63,150 nucleotides of DNA, filler included, from Octopus bimaculoides (GCF_001194135.2; 5 parts of 5 records of this genome joined end to end with filler, not necessarily neighbours in it), one strand, 5' to 3'. Counted from the first letter of the whole stretch, positions 37,175-51,193 are shown. A program made the numbers and translations. The notes: generated by a model not told the origin, from the sequence alone.

Positions 37175-37625
37175 TAAGCGGGAGACGGAAAACGAGAAAG
37201 AGAGAAAACTACGAGAGAAAACTAAGAGAGAAAATACAAAGAAACAGAGAGGGAGAGAAGGAGATTAAAAGAGATTGTTGAAAAGAGATCAAGAAAGATG
37301 TATAAAAAAAAGGAGCGACGAGTAAAAGGATAGGACGAAAGCCACAGCATGCCAATGAGATTCTACTGAAATAAATGACTTGTTTTCTCCTGCTAATGTT
37401 TTTCACCGAGAAACTTCTGAACGAATAACCATTTTTATGGGCAGAATAATTGAATTGTGTTTTATTTCATAATACCAAACTGCGGCTGTTTACGTCTAGC
37501 TTTCCTTCTTTCCCTGTTGCTCCATTGCGGTGTGTCTCTTTGAATGCTTATTTATCATCTCACGTATAATAGGTTTGCTGGATATCAAGAAATAGATAGA
37601 TAATAGAATGGATAGACAGACAGAC

Positions 37626-37694
<69 letters not shown>

Positions 37695-38231
37695 AATAGA
37701 TAGACACACACAGATATATATATATATANNNNNNNNNNNNNNNNNNNNNNNNNNNNNNNNNNNNNNNNNNNNNNNNNNNNNNNNNNNNNNNNNNNNNNNN
37801 NNNNNNNNNNNNNNNNNNNNNNNNNNNNNNNNNNNNNNNNNNNNNNNNNNNNNNNNNNNNNNNNNNNNNNNNNNNNNNNNNNNNNNNNNNNNNNNNNNNN
37901 NNNNNNNNNNNNNNNNNNNNNNNNNNNNNNNNNNNNNNNNNNNNNNNNNNNNNNNNNNNNNNNNNNNNNNNNNNNNNNNNNNNNNNNNNNNNNNNNNNNN
38001 NNNNNNNNNNNNNNNNNNNNNNNNNNNNNNNNNNNNNNNNNNNNNNNNNNNNNNNNNNNNNNNNNNNNNNNNNNNNNNNNNNNNNNNNNNNNNNNNNNNN
38101 NNNNNNNNNNNNNNNNNNNNNNNNNNNNNNNNNNNNNNNNNNNNNNNNNNNNNNNNNNNNNNNNNNNNNNNNNNNNNNNNNNNNNNNNNNNNNNNNNNNN
38201 NNNNNNNNNNNNNNNNNNNNNNNNNNNNNNN

Positions 38232-38277
<46 letters not shown>

Positions 38278-38954
38278 GTACATACATACATACATATTTC
38301 ACACACAGATGCACACACACACTCACATACATATGTATATCGATATATTAATGTTCCGAACTGTTTTTGGCTTATTCAATTCCTGGCACACCCGAAGACT
38401 CTGCCTCGTAAAAAAACTTTTTTCTTCCTTCTTGCTGCATTTAGAAGACGAAGGTTTAGCGCCAATGACATTTTCAGGCCATCCAAGACCGGATGAGCAA
38501 CATGTCATTAATGTTCTGTTCAAACTATTGCAGATCCGAACCGACAAGCTAATATGCTTGTGATTTGGATGCACCCAGAGTGGAAGATGTGGCGCTGCTA
38601 AATTCCCGTTCGAAATCTATAGTTTTCAAAGTGACTATTAACTGATCTAGAAATTAGGAAATTGCTATTTGTAAATCTCACAACGAGAATTTATAGGACC
38701 ATTGTGTGTGTGTATCTCAGCCCATCACACACCATTTCACAACCAGTGTTGGTTCCTTCGGAGGTAAATCAAAACGAATAACTAATTGTCATCGAACAAT
38801 AATCAGGGCCTTGCATTCATTATAACTGATATTGTTGTCAATTTTGGCAATCTATATTCCGACCAAATTCCAGAGCTTCCTGGAAATATACTTTAAAACA
38901 GGCAGTGGACTGCTGCGACCATCAAAGTGGTAAATACTGTTTAATATTTTAAGC

Positions 38955-39150
38955 CAGCGTTTCTCAACTGGGGCTCCACAGAACTCTAGGGTTCCGCAAA
39001 AAGTTCCTGGGGATTCCGTGAGAAAGAGTGAGGTAAGCTAATACTAAATTCTTGATTGTAATATTACTATACATGCACAACATATTATTCCTTATAGAAA
39101 TATAGATATCATCTTATCTAACCTATTATGTTATCAAAAAATATAACAAT
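38955..39150 (+). mobile_element. Probable hAT (Charlie-like) element end
   Basis: cagcgtttctcaactggggctccacagaactctagggttccgc resembles hAT-Charlie termini; no partner TIR found. Confidence 0.5.
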
Positions 39151-39154
39151 CATA

Positions 39155-39217
<63 letters not shown>

Positions 39218-39543
39218 TACATATGTAGGAAATTTTGACTGTGGGTGTGTTTGTGGAGTTGTTGGCTAATACATACATAAATGCTAGATAGATAGATAGA
39301 TAGATCTGAAGTTAGACACACACCGAAGTAGGTGTGAAGGCAAATCTAGCGAACAGACGCCATGATTGGTCAATTAAACAAACGAGAATGAAATGGTGTG
39401 TCAGATGACCAGCGCCTGTGATGTGAAAGGTCTGTTATAAAGTGGACAATGGACAGAAGGTTAACCATTAGATAGATATTTCCTCCATCGACCCAGACAT
39501 TACAGTCATTTCCCGCTTGGTCAGATCGATAATTTATCAGATT

Positions 39544-39544
<1 letters not shown>

Positions 39545-39587
<43 letters not shown>

Positions 39588-39877
39588 ATTATTATCATTG
39601 TTGTTATTGTTGTTGTCGTTATGGTGGTGGTGGTGGTGGTTTTGGTTGTTGTGGTTTTTTGTTGTCGTTGTTATTATAATAATAATTATTGTTGTTGTGG
39701 TGGTGGTGGCTGTTCTGGTTTTCATTGTTGTTGTTGTTGTTGTTGTTGTTCTTCTTCTTCTTCTTCTTCTTCTTCTTCTTCTTCTTCTTCTTCTTCTTCT
39801 TTTTCTTCTTATTATCATTATTATTATTATTGTTATTATCAGTAGTAGTAATAGTAGTAGCAGCAGCAGTAGTGGTT

Positions 39878-39908
<31 letters not shown>

Positions 39909-39915
39909 CAGTAGT
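39545..39915. repeat. Compound trinucleotide microsatellite (TTA/TTG/GGT/CTT/AGT)
   Basis: Direct reading. Confidence 0.95.
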
Positions 39916-40165
39916 AGACAATCGAGTATAGATTACTTTATTCAACATGTGTACAATATTCTTGATGCACCAGTTTGTGGGAGTTGATCTTATAAGATTA
40001 TAGGTATGTATGTATGAATGTATGTGTGTGTGTATGTATGTATGTATTTATGTATGTATACATGCATTATGTTTATGGCGCAAATATATATGTACGTATG
40101 TGTATCTTTATATGTATAGAGATAGATAAATATATATTTATATATATATATATAATGTGCATACT

Positions 40166-40228
<63 letters not shown>

Positions 40229-40689
40229 CTATCTATCTATCTATTTTGTGGCAGAAATTGCTTTTACCTAAGTACTTCCCCCGTTTGTGTATATTAACTC
40301 AATTCCCTGAGCATCAACTAATCAACAGGAAGTGATAAATTACAGAACATAATTCTGTATTGGCCTGAGTGATACGATTAAATTCTGATGTACATAGTTA
40401 TATACTGATAAATAATGGCCAAGGCATCGAAGAGTGGTTGTTATGTTAGTCGTATTAAGTCTAGGGTAATATAAATGCAGATTATCTAGTATCGAGCTAA
40501 ATCTGAACTTAGTCTGATCTAGATTAGAGTTAATTCTGAGCTAAGACTGATGTAAATTCGAACTAATCTAGTGTTATGAAAGAATTATCTTTGAGCCACG
40601 TGATGTAATTTTAAGATAAGCAATAGCTAAGTTTGTGCTTAGTCTATGGTGCGAGAGAGCTAATTCTGATCTAAGTACCACCATCTCCT

Positions 40690-40880
40690 GTTGACTGCCA
40701 GTGTTGGTATGTTTACGTCCTTTAACCTATCGGTTCGGCAAAACAAAACGATAAAATGTGTACCAGGCTTAAAAAAAACAAGAAAAAACATCATAAGTAG
40801 TAGAATCGATTTGTTCGATTACACCTTTCAAAACGGTACTCCAGCATGACCGCAGTTGAATAACGGAAGCAATGAAAGAT
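40690..40880 (+). mobile_element. SINE family A 3' half
   Basis: gtgttggtatgtttacgtcc...cggttcggcaaaa...ccagcatgaccgcag. Confidence 0.7.
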
Positions 40881-41009
40881 GAAAGAAGACACATCGATTA
40901 ATTTCATTTCTTTCGTCGCCACATAAATATTTTTAGTTAGATTTTTTTAGCACACCCTGCACTAAATGTTGACAAAACGTTAACGATTATCTCCTTTTTT
41001 TTCTTACAG

Positions 41010-41154
41010 ATCGCGTCCCTGAGCTACTTGTTCTGTAATCAAATCGAATATTATTAGGTGCGATTCTTGCGTTAATAATTATGAAGGTTACAGCTTTTCA
41101 ACCAGGGCGATGCTTTTGGGTTTTTTTCTTCTAAATTTGAAGTTGTGTAATCAG
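41010..41154 (+). other. Candidate exon (unverified)
   Basis: Strong acceptor ctcctttttttttcttacag| and donor CAG|gtgaga; ATG at 41110 reads MLLGFFLLNLKLCNQ up to the donor. No homology recognised. Confidence 0.25.
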
Positions 41155-42218
41155 GTGAGATGTAACAACAGAAAAAAAAAACCCACATAATTATAAAGTT
41201 ATCACTCATGTTATTCGGCAAAATTAATCTCTGCCTTTAAGACGATGGAAGAAAAAAATTATTATGAAAAAAAAAAAGGTTGATTGATTACACACAGGTA
41301 ATTGAACCCGTAGCTATACACCCAATTACGTGAAAACCTAATAAGTTACTGCACCACGGCGCCAATTAGATGGATGGGAATCAAATCAGTGACGATCTTT
41401 TAGAACTGAGTCTAGCATTGTTAAACAAAATGTAAAAACGAAATAAGGAGTAATTTTAGAGGATTTTAGAGAGTGAGGGGGGTTCTAGCATCGCTGAATA
41501 GTTAAGGATTTCGTTTTGCAATGGGGACGAGGAGGTGGTTACATGTTCGTTCCTATTGCGTGACATTTTGGGTCGATAATTTTTATCATTGTGTTTTTTA
41601 TAATGTAACAGGGTAACGGAACACTTTGTGACTGAAATGGGTTTAAAAAGAAATGGATTTAAACAGAAAGATCACAGTTAAGTGAGGCTCTAAGTATACA
41701 TATTATGTGTATAATTATGTGAGTTTGTGTGTATCTTTGCATGTACATATGTGTGTATATATGTATGCATATATGTATGTATGGATGTATGTATGCATAT
41801 ATGTATGTATGTATGTATGAATAAATATGTATAACAGTGTTTTATGCGGAAATCTCAGCTTCAAGCTTTCTAAACAATTTATATAATTGCCTGTCTCTCT
41901 GTGTATCCCTCTGTCTGTCTGACTGACTGCCTGTCTGTATGTCTGCCTGTCAGTCAGTCAGTCTGTCTGTCTGTCTGTCTCTTGTTCTCTCTGTGTGTAT
42001 ATATATATATACACATACACACACATACACACACATATGCACGTAATATTCTATGGCGTTGTTAATTCATTTCACTTATATAAACGGTATATTTAACACG
42101 CTCTATGGCATACACCACACATAGACACATAGACACGCACTCACACGAACAGAAAACTAATGATATTCATAAATACATACATACATACACATGTAAAATA
42201 AACATACGTATGCAGTTA

Positions 42219-42263
<45 letters not shown>

Positions 42264-42758
42264 NNNNNNNNNNTACATATATATACATATATACATACAT
42301 ATATACATACATATATACATATAATAAATATTTATACAGAGATCTGTAGCTGGCAGGAGCTGGGGTATTCTCAAGTACGATCTTATTCTGCTTATATTAT
42401 GCCTGAAAAATCCTTCTGATACGATTTTACACACGATTTCTATGACTTCTCCGCCATCGTCTCCGCCGCCATGTTAGACAACTTGTGTTTATATTGTATT
42501 ATTTATAAAGTAAATAGTGATATTATTCTATACAATGTAAATATTAACATTAATAATTTGATCACTTTCTCCATGGCTGTTATTGAATATTACACTTGTG
42601 TTTGCCTCCGTGCGCGTGTGCGTCTGTATTCGTGTGTATGCATGTATATTGGTATATATACATATATATATGTGCGTGACTGTATATATATATATGTTTG
42701 TATGTATGTATATATATGTGTGTGTGTATGATATATATATATATATATATATATACAA

Positions 42759-42968
42759 GGAGCACTCCGTCGGTTATGACGACGAGGGCCCCAGCTGATA
42801 CGATCAACGGAACAGCTTGCTCGTGAAATTAACGTGCAAGTGGTTGAGTATTCCACAGACACATATATCCTCAAAAGTAGTTTTCATGGAGATTCAGCGT
42901 GACACAGAGTGTGATAAGGCCGGTCCTTTGAATTACAGGTATAACTCAAATTTGCCAGCTGAGTCGAC
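42759..42968 (-). mobile_element. SINE family B, tail T and part of the core
   Basis: Matches 2525-2740; truncated at gccagctgagtcgac. Confidence 0.85.
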
Positions 42969-43153
42969 CAGGTTCCGGAGCCTTCTTGAAACCGTAGTGA
43001 AAGTTGAGGGCAATTATTTTGAATAAAGTTTTATCTCTCAGGCATAATAATCTTGTTGATATTTTTCGCAATTTTAAAATTCTTTTAATTTTAGATGAGA
43101 TACTGTTTTATTTTCTTTTAAGCAAAACAGTCAAAATTAGCACGAACACCCTA
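42969..43153 (+). mobile_element. Tc1/maT-like transposon 3' end fragment
   Basis: RFRSLLETVVKVEGNYFE* parallels RFRSRLEVVV.. of the 7329 element; ends in TIR-like gcacgaacaccct-ata. Confidence 0.7.
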
Positions 43154-43469
43154 TATGTCCACCACTTATGAAGACATACGATCCATTCCATAGACCTCAG
43201 CACCATTTCTGTGTATCCAATTGGATTGACCAGAGTCTTATGTGAAATACACTCAACGATATCACAAACATTTATTCTTGAACTACGAGAAAGATTGATA
43301 GATTTTATAACAATTTCAGTGGCTTCTAAAAAATGATTAAAGAGAAACGAACTAACGGTTAATTATTTGACTAAAGGTTTTTTCATTAATTTCTGTTTCT
43401 CAGAAACTGCACTCATCTTTCTATTTTATAGAAACTGATTTTAATAGTCTCCTTGAGGGAACGAGTCGA

Positions 43470-43845
43470 GGGCATTTTATTTTATCAAAGAAGCCGGTAA
43501 GATTAGATAAAATGTAATACCAATCTTCACTCTGTCAGAAAATTGAGTGAATTTGATTTTTGTTTTTCCTGCGATGAAAGGAAACAAGTTTTTGTTTTTT
43601 ATTTGATGAAACTGCTGTAACCCTTCGAAAAATCTTTCCATGTAACAACCATCTAGTTTTTGAGTGCAACAATCAATTTTTGTATGCAGCTCCTGCAGCG
43701 TTACGTAATTCAGAAAATAATCAAACATCTGTTGAATTGGCTTTAATGAAATTCACGATCTTGATAACAGCATCCATATTGACGGATAAATCATGGACCA
43801 TTTCCTTTGATGTTGGCACCTGTCTTTGAATAATGCAATGTGTTT
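43470..43845 (-). pseudogene. hAT transposase fragment (Buster/Charlie, ZBED5/SCAND3-like group)
   Basis: HCIIQRQVPTSKEM...DAVIKIVNFIKANS..*LFSEL....YKN*LLHSKTRWLLHGKIFRRV resembles HCxIHR..VKIVNFIK..LLLH..RWLS.GK; in-frame stops. Confidence 0.85.
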
Positions 43846-43846
43846 G

Positions 43847-43894
<48 letters not shown>

Positions 43895-43994
43895 NNNNNN
43901 NNNNNNNNNNNNNNNNNNNNNNNNNNNNNNNNNNNNNNTTAATTAATTAANNNNNNNNNNNNNNNNNNNNNNNNNNNNNNNNNNNNNNNNNNNN

Positions 43995-44046
<52 letters not shown>

Positions 44047-44080
44047 TATACATACATGCATACATTCATACATACATACA

Positions 44081-44116
<36 letters not shown>

Positions 44117-44489
44117 TACACTCACACATCTACAGTTACTTTCACAACCTCAAAACATATGGAACATTAGTCGTAGCAGCCATATCGATCTATCTATGAA
44201 GCTTTCTATTTAAAATATGATTTTCAGGTATTCTTATGTATTTTAATTTCCTGTTTTCACCTGGTATGTAACCTCTGGGCCTACCTATATCAACCAGCAT
44301 ACTGACACATGCTCCGAAACAACAGAAATATGAATGCGCACTAACACACACACGCACCTATACAGACGCGCATATATGCTGCATAAACATATTTATTACC
44401 AGGCATATACACATAAATATACATACTGTATGTGCGTGTGTGAATGTGTGCGTGTGTGAATTTGTGCGCGTGTGTGTGTGTGTGAGGGA

Positions 44490-44551
<62 letters not shown>

Positions 44552-45303
44552 GTAGGTATGTATTTGTACTTACTTTTATGTATTGGTAGGTAAATCTTAA
44601 TACTTCTGAGACTGTTACCAACTGTGGTGTGAATGTTTCAGAAAGAAACTGTCTGAGAGAACACGAGCAATATAGGAAGCTAATAACACAAATGAGTTTT
44701 GCCTTCAAGTAAATATATTGTTGCATTGGTGTGAGGAGGCGCAGGTATTGCTGTGTGATTAAACAAGTTTGCTTCGCAGCCAGGTGGCTTTGGTTTCAGT
44801 TCTACTGAGCAGTATCATAACCAAATGTCTTCTATTACAGCACCAGGTTGACTAAAGACTCCTAAGTAAATTAGGCATTTGGAAACTGTGTGGAAGCACA
44901 TTGTACATACACATATAGGCAATTGAGTGTAAGAGTAGGTCTTTATTCTCCTCACACCGCTTAACAACCGGTGTTGGTTTGTTTACATCGCCGAATATTA
45001 GCAGAAAGACCGATAGAATCGTCTTCCAGCATTGATAGTTGGAGCCTTCTAAGAGGTATAAACGGGAAGAAGTGAGTCATTTTACTACAGTTGTCAAGAA
45101 CTCAGTATGAAAGGGCTAATTGAATATTATGAACATTACAAAATATTTTTTAATGTTTATCATTAAATGTTTTGAACGGTTATGATTCTTGCTAGTGTAT
45201 ATGTTTTCATTCATGTGCGTTAACTACTGCATTAGAGCGGTTTCGCTCTTATTTGCAGCAATGTAGGGGTTTCCAAATACCCTAATCACATTTAGTGACA
45301 ATT

Positions 45304-45361
<58 letters not shown>

Positions 45362-45363
<2 letters not shown>

Positions 45364-45632
45364 TTTTATTCTTTTATTCTTTTACTTGTTTCAGTCATTT
45401 GACTTCGGCCATGCTGGAGCACCGCCTTTAGTCGAATCAAATCGACCCCAGGACTTATTCTTTGTAAGCCTAGTACTTATTCTATCGGTCTCTTTTTGCC
45501 GAACCGCTATATTACGGAGACCTAAGCACACCAGCATCGGTTGTCAAGCGATGTTGGGGGGACAAACACAGATACACAACATATACACACATACACATAT
45601 ATATATATACATATATACGACGGGCTTCTTTC
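45362..45632 (-). mobile_element. SINE family A (3' half and centre; 5' half in the gap)
   Basis: Near-consensus reverse complement up to the gap. A diverged plus copy also lies at ~44735-45020. Confidence 0.85.
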
Positions 45633-46943
45633 NNNNNNNNNNNNNNNNNNNNNNNNNNNNNNNNNNNNNNNNNNNNNNNNNNNNNNNNNNNNNNNNNNNN
45701 NNNNNNNNNNNNNNNNNNNNNNNNNNNNNNNNNNNNNNNNNNNNNNNNNNNNNNNNNNNNNNNNNNNNNNNNNNNNNNNNNNNNNNNNNNNNNNNNNNNN
45801 NNNNNNNNNNNNNNNNNNNNNNNNNNNNNNNNNNNNNNNNNNNNNNNNNNNNNNNNNNNNNNNNNNNNNNNNNNNNNNNNNNNNNNNNNNNNNNNNNNNN
45901 NNNNNNNNNNNNNNNNNNNNNNNNNNNNNNNNNNNNNNNNNNNNNNNNNNNNNNNNNNNNNNNNNNNNNNNNNNNNNNNNNNNNNNNNNNNNNNNNNNNN
46001 NNNNNNNNNNNNNNNNNNNNNNNNNNNNNNNNNNNNNNNNNNNNNNNNNNNNNNNNNNNNNNNNNNNNNNNNNNNNNNNNNNNNNNNNNNNNNNNNNNNN
46101 NNNNNNNNNNNNNNNNNNNNNNNNNNNNNNNNNNNNNNNNNNNNNNNNNNNNNNNNNNNNNNNNNNNNNNNNNNNNNNNNNNNNNNNNNNNNNNNNNNNN
46201 NNNNNNNNNNNNNNNNNNNNNNNNNNNNNNNNNNNNNNNNNNNNNNNNNNNNNNNNNNNNNNNNNNNNNNNNNNNNNNNNNNNNNNNNNNNNNNNNNNNN
46301 NNNNNNNNNNNNNNNNNNNNNNNNNNNNNNNNNNNNNNNNNNNNNNNNNNNNNNNNNNNNNNNNNNNNNNNNNNNNNNNNNNNNNNNNNNNNNNNNNNNN
46401 NNNNNNNNNNNNNNNNNNNNNNNNNNNNNNNNNNNNNNNNNNNNNNNNNNNNNNNNNNNNNNNNNNNNNNNNNNNNNNNNNNNNNNNNNNNNNNNNNNNN
46501 NNNNNNNNNNNNNNNNNNNNNNNNNNTATATATATATGTGTGTCTCTGTGTGTGTGTGTGTGGGGGGGGGGTGCGCGCGCATGCGCACGTGTGAGTGTAT
46601 GTGTGTGTGTGTGCATATACATATATCGTGGAATTATTCAATCAAACCTTACGGACCTGTGACTGATATATGTGTTACACGCACAAACACACACAGACAC
46701 ACGCACAAACACACACACATTCATGCACACGCACGTGCAAACTGACATATACATATATCTATCTATACATATATATCTGTTCTGGTTTGTGTTCCGCAGA
46801 CGATGAATTTTTTTAGATGAAATTCACCGCCATTGGGTTTCTGGTCTAAACGCGTTGTAAATTCTTTCAGTACAACCAGTAGTAGAAGAGTAGGTATTTA
46901 ACCATTTGTGACTATTTCGTGGCTTATATATTGGTTTGTCTGT

Positions 46944-47265
46944 GAAGGTGCGTGGCATAGTGGTTAGTACTTTCGGCTCACGATCGTAATGTCGTGATTT
47001 CAATTCGCGGCAACACGTTGTGTCCTTGAGCAGGACACTTTTTTTCACGTTGTTCCAGTCTACTCAGCCTGCAAAAATGAGTAGTACCTGTATCTCAAAG
47101 GCCCAGCCTTGTCACACTCTGAGTCACACTGAATCTCCCTGAGAACAATGTTAATAGTACACGTGTCTGTGGAGTGCTCAACCACTTGCACGTTAATTTC
47201 CCGAGTAGGCTGTTCCATTGATCGGATCAAAGGGCAGCCTCGTAGTCATAACCGACAGAGTGCCG
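46944..47265 (+). mobile_element. SINE family B, full length
   Basis: gaaggtgcgtggcatagtggttag...ttgtgtccttgagcaggacac...tail T ending ccgacagagtgccg. Confidence 0.88.
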
Positions 47266-47630
47266 TATTGGTTTTTCTATCCAGGAGAGTTAAGCTTTTC
47301 ATATATCAAATACTCTATAGTAAGAAAATGTTTGAGTTTTAGGAGGTTTGTACTTTTATATGTTGCGTATGAATTCCACTATGTCTATTATTGTTTAATT
47401 TTTCAACGAATTTCTTAACATTTTGGCCTGTACGCTTTAAAATTATTGGCTGCCACCCATATAAGCATTTTTATCTAGTAACTCTACACATATACACGCA
47501 ATATAGATATGGCTATTTATATAATATAATTTCATTAAATGATAGGCTATAATACTTATATTAATGCATGGGTATTTGTTTCTGTTCAACTAAGAATCAG
47601 AAATTATATACATACATACATACATACATA

Positions 47631-47706
<76 letters not shown>

Positions 47707-48384
47707 TATAAGAAATGGATAAAAACTATGCATATATATGTGTGTGTGTGTGTGCAGATATTTATGGGAAGATGGAAATATGGATATATACATTAATATC
47801 AGTTAGTTATAATTCTTATGTTACTTTTAGTAAATTTGCTTCTGCTGAATCTTAGTAGAAGACATTTAAAAGATTATTTATTGATGTTTTTTCATAAATC
47901 CTTTATATATTTATTTAGAAATGTTTCAAGAATAGACGTCAACATAGCCTTACAGATTTGGTATCATATCGGCAAGAAAAGCCTCTTAATTTATTAGTAG
48001 CGATATTTAAGTTCAATGATGACAAATGTTTTATCAATTGGAACTGCTACAGTTTGGCTATTTTGACATATAACTTGGAAACCATTGACAAGAAAACCAG
48101 TACTATGGTAGAAATACTTGTGTAAACGACTTACTCCTCCTGCATGCTACTATTCAGTTTCATATAATTTAGAGACTCCATTCATCACCCTTTCTCTTTT
48201 CTTTAGCAGAATAAATTAATGAGATAATGGCTTCTCCCTCTCACAGTGGATGTAATTTTAAGCAATTAACACTATGAAGGTCACTAAATCATTGTCTAGA
48301 TATCATAAAACTATTTCTTTATATCTATTTAAGTTAAGCGTCACATTAAAAATCCCGTTAGATTCACCATAGTATTTCATTCTT

Positions 48385-48735
48385 GTCGGCTTCAGTCCTA
48401 CTGCACAGCACAAATTTACTCACAAGGGCAGCCTTGTGAGTAAATTTGATAGACGTAAGCCGATTGGAGGTTCATCGCATACATGTGTGCATGCGTGTGT
48501 GTACTGTTTGTGTATGTGTTTTCAATGCCTGTACTTGTGTTTTTCCAAAACCACCTCTTGACGACCGGTGTTGGTTAGTTCACTTCCCCCTAACTAGGCG
48601 ATCCGGCAAAAGAGACCGAAATTAAAAAAAAATGCGATCACATGTGTACTGGAGTTCCTTTAATCGACTAAAACCCGCCTAGACGGTGCTCCAGCATGGC
48701 ACAAGTCCAATAGCTGAAATAAATAAATTATAAAA
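48385..48735 (+). mobile_element. SINE family A, diverged
   Basis: ttcagtcctactg...ttgtgagtaaatttgatagacg...(TG)n...ggcaaaagagaccga...ggtgctccagcatggc. Confidence 0.65.
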
Positions 48736-48864
48736 GATAACCTAAGTCAATGAACACATGATGAGTACCAGACGGTACTGGAATATTTTCAATACAGTGA
48801 TCCCCCTTTGTCGATTTCAATTCCCTATTGGGAGTATCTCTCTCCAATATTAATTCCCAATTTA

Positions 48865-49085
48865 AGGCAGCGAGCTGGCACAATCGTTAGCACATCGGGC
48901 AAAATGCGTAGCGGCATTTCGTCCGTCTTTACGTTCTGAGTTCAAATTTCGCCCAGGTCGACTTTGTCTTTCATCCCTATCAGGAGTCGATGAAATAAGT
49001 ACCGCTTGTGCAGTGGGATCGATCTAATCCATCTATCCTTCTTTGTGAAATTGCTGGCCTTTTGAGCCAAAACTTGAAAGCAATA
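48865..49085 (+). mobile_element. SINE family C
   Basis: aggcagcgagctggcacaatcgttagc...gagttcaaatttcgcccaggtcgactttgtctttcatcc. Confidence 0.85.
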
Positions 49086-50084
49086 TTACTTCCCAATTTG
49101 TTTTAATGAAACGCAAGAATCATTTTATATATCAGTAACGCTAACCGGGTATTTTTGAGGTCATGTACTTTGTCAAAACATATTAACACGCGAGACAGGA
49201 AGTAAGATGCATGACATGAAAATAAATATAAATAATTTAAAGTTGGCCGCAAAAACAGAGAAAACAGGTTGCTCTTTTTCTTAATTTCTTTTTTATCTAC
49301 TCCCAGGTGGACATTCACACACACACACGCGCACACACACACACGCACGCACATACACACACACACATACATGTATATAATTACGTTTATATATATGTTT
49401 GTGTGTGTGTGTGACAGAGAGTGTGCGCGCGTGTGTATACGTGTGTATACATGTATGTATAATGGTAAACACACACACACAGGTTAGTCATTGTAGGTGT
49501 ATATGTCTTTGTGCATGTGCATGTGTGTGTGTATGTGTGTGTGTGTGTGTGTATGTGTGTGTGTATGTGTGTGTGTGTGTGCATGCATGTGTACACATTT
49601 CTATAAGCGTGTGCTGGAGTCTGCTACATACTTTCATGCGTATACACAGAATACTAAAACCTATTCAATATAATTTACAAAAATCAAAAACAAAAATTAA
49701 CTCCAGCTGAGATTTCCGAACGAATTACAGCAACAGGATATTTCCAATTCCTTTAGACTTCATTTTTTTTTTCAAACTTTTCATCTCACACGTGCACAGT
49801 TGTCAAACTAAAAATGGGATTTCGTCATCCGCTAAGATGGCCATAAAAATGATCCCCTTTTTTTTTTTTTTTGGTCTTTTAGTCGTCTAAAATCATTAAT
49901 GGGTGAAAGCTAGTTTTCTACTATAATTCTTGTTAAACGGAAGCTGTGTTATTAAGCAGCATAAGTTAATTATAGTTGATTACAATCGAACTGGTCATGA
50001 GTTTGATGACAAATAAGTAAAACAAAATACAAATGTTTTTCTGCATGGAAAAATCCCTAAAAATACATTCGTAAATATAAAATG

Positions 50085-50115
<31 letters not shown>

Positions 50116-50414
50116 GTACAGCTATAAAATTCTAATATGTATCTATCTATGTATATATACGTACATACATGTACGTATGTATATGTACGTATATTCATAT
50201 AAATATATGTACATATATGTAGATTCATGAATATATATATATATACATATATATGTCATGTACGTATGTATATTCATGTAAAAACATGTACATATATGTA
50301 CACACACACACGCGCGCACACATATTATATGCATATGCATGTATTGTGTATATAATTATCTATCTATATATATATCTACGTGAATGTATGCATACGTATA
50401 TAGAATTTAATATA

Positions 50415-50818
50415 TCTATCTTTTGTTTCTTTTACATGCTTCAGTCATTAGACTGTGGCCATTCTGGGGCACCGTCTTGAAGAATTTTTAGTAGAACAAA
50501 TCAACTCTTTTTTTTATAAGCTTTCTATTTATTCTATCATAACTTTTTCAGAACTGCTGTTAAGGGATGTAAGACACCCAACAGCGGTTGTCTTGTGGTG
50601 GTGGGGGACAGAGGCACAAAGATACACATGAACATATGCGCATACACATACACATATATACGACGAGCTTCTTTCAGTTTCCTTCTACTCGATCCACTCA
50701 AAAGGTTTTGGTCGGCCTGATGCTTTAGCTGAAGAAAACTTGACCAAGGTGTCAAAGCAGCTGAACTGAACACGGAACCGTATGGTTGGGAAGCAAACTT
50801 CTTACCACACAGCCATGT
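50415..50818 (-). mobile_element. SINE family A, full length, diverged
   Basis: Reverse complement of all family A modules. Confidence 0.8.
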
Positions 50819-50825
50819 ATGTATG

Positions 50826-50865
<40 letters not shown>

Positions 50866-50983
50866 TCTACACAATCACACACACACGTACACATATATGT
50901 GTGCGTGTGTGTGTGTGTATGTGTGTGTTTAGTTGGTTACTATCCATTAATATAACGAATTAAGAAAACTATTCTATGACATA

Positions 50984-51193
50984 GGTTTCAAAATTTTGGG
51001 ACAAGGCTGGCAAACTCGTGGGGTAAGTCGATTACAGAGTCCCTAATGCTCAACTTCTACTTACATTATCGACCCAGGAAGGATGAAAGTTAAAGTCGAC
51101 CTCGGTGGAATTTGAACTCAGAGTATAAAGACTGACGAAACACCGTTTAAGCATTTTACGCAGCGTGCTAACAATTCTCTCAGCTCACCGTCC
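50984..51193 (-). mobile_element. SINE family C
   Basis: ggatgaaagttaaagtcgacctcggtggaatttgaactcagag...gctaacaattctctcagctcaccg. Confidence 0.8.

Noticed and set aside
16249-43950. Recurrent TTAATTAATTAA (PacI-like) motif, four times
   Set aside because: Always centred in a 100-bp N block, so it is an assembly spacer rather than biology.
45230-45263. Hammerhead-shaped motif on the minus strand (cattg CUGCAAA uaagagc GAAAC cg CUC uaaug)
   Set aside because: Three core or stem III mismatches with no compensation; at best a decayed relic, so not counted.
47956-48125. 57-codon plus-strand open frame after ccttacag (DLVSYRQEKP...)
   Set aside because: Weak polypyrimidine tract, no recognised homology, and phase incompatible with the 41154 donor.
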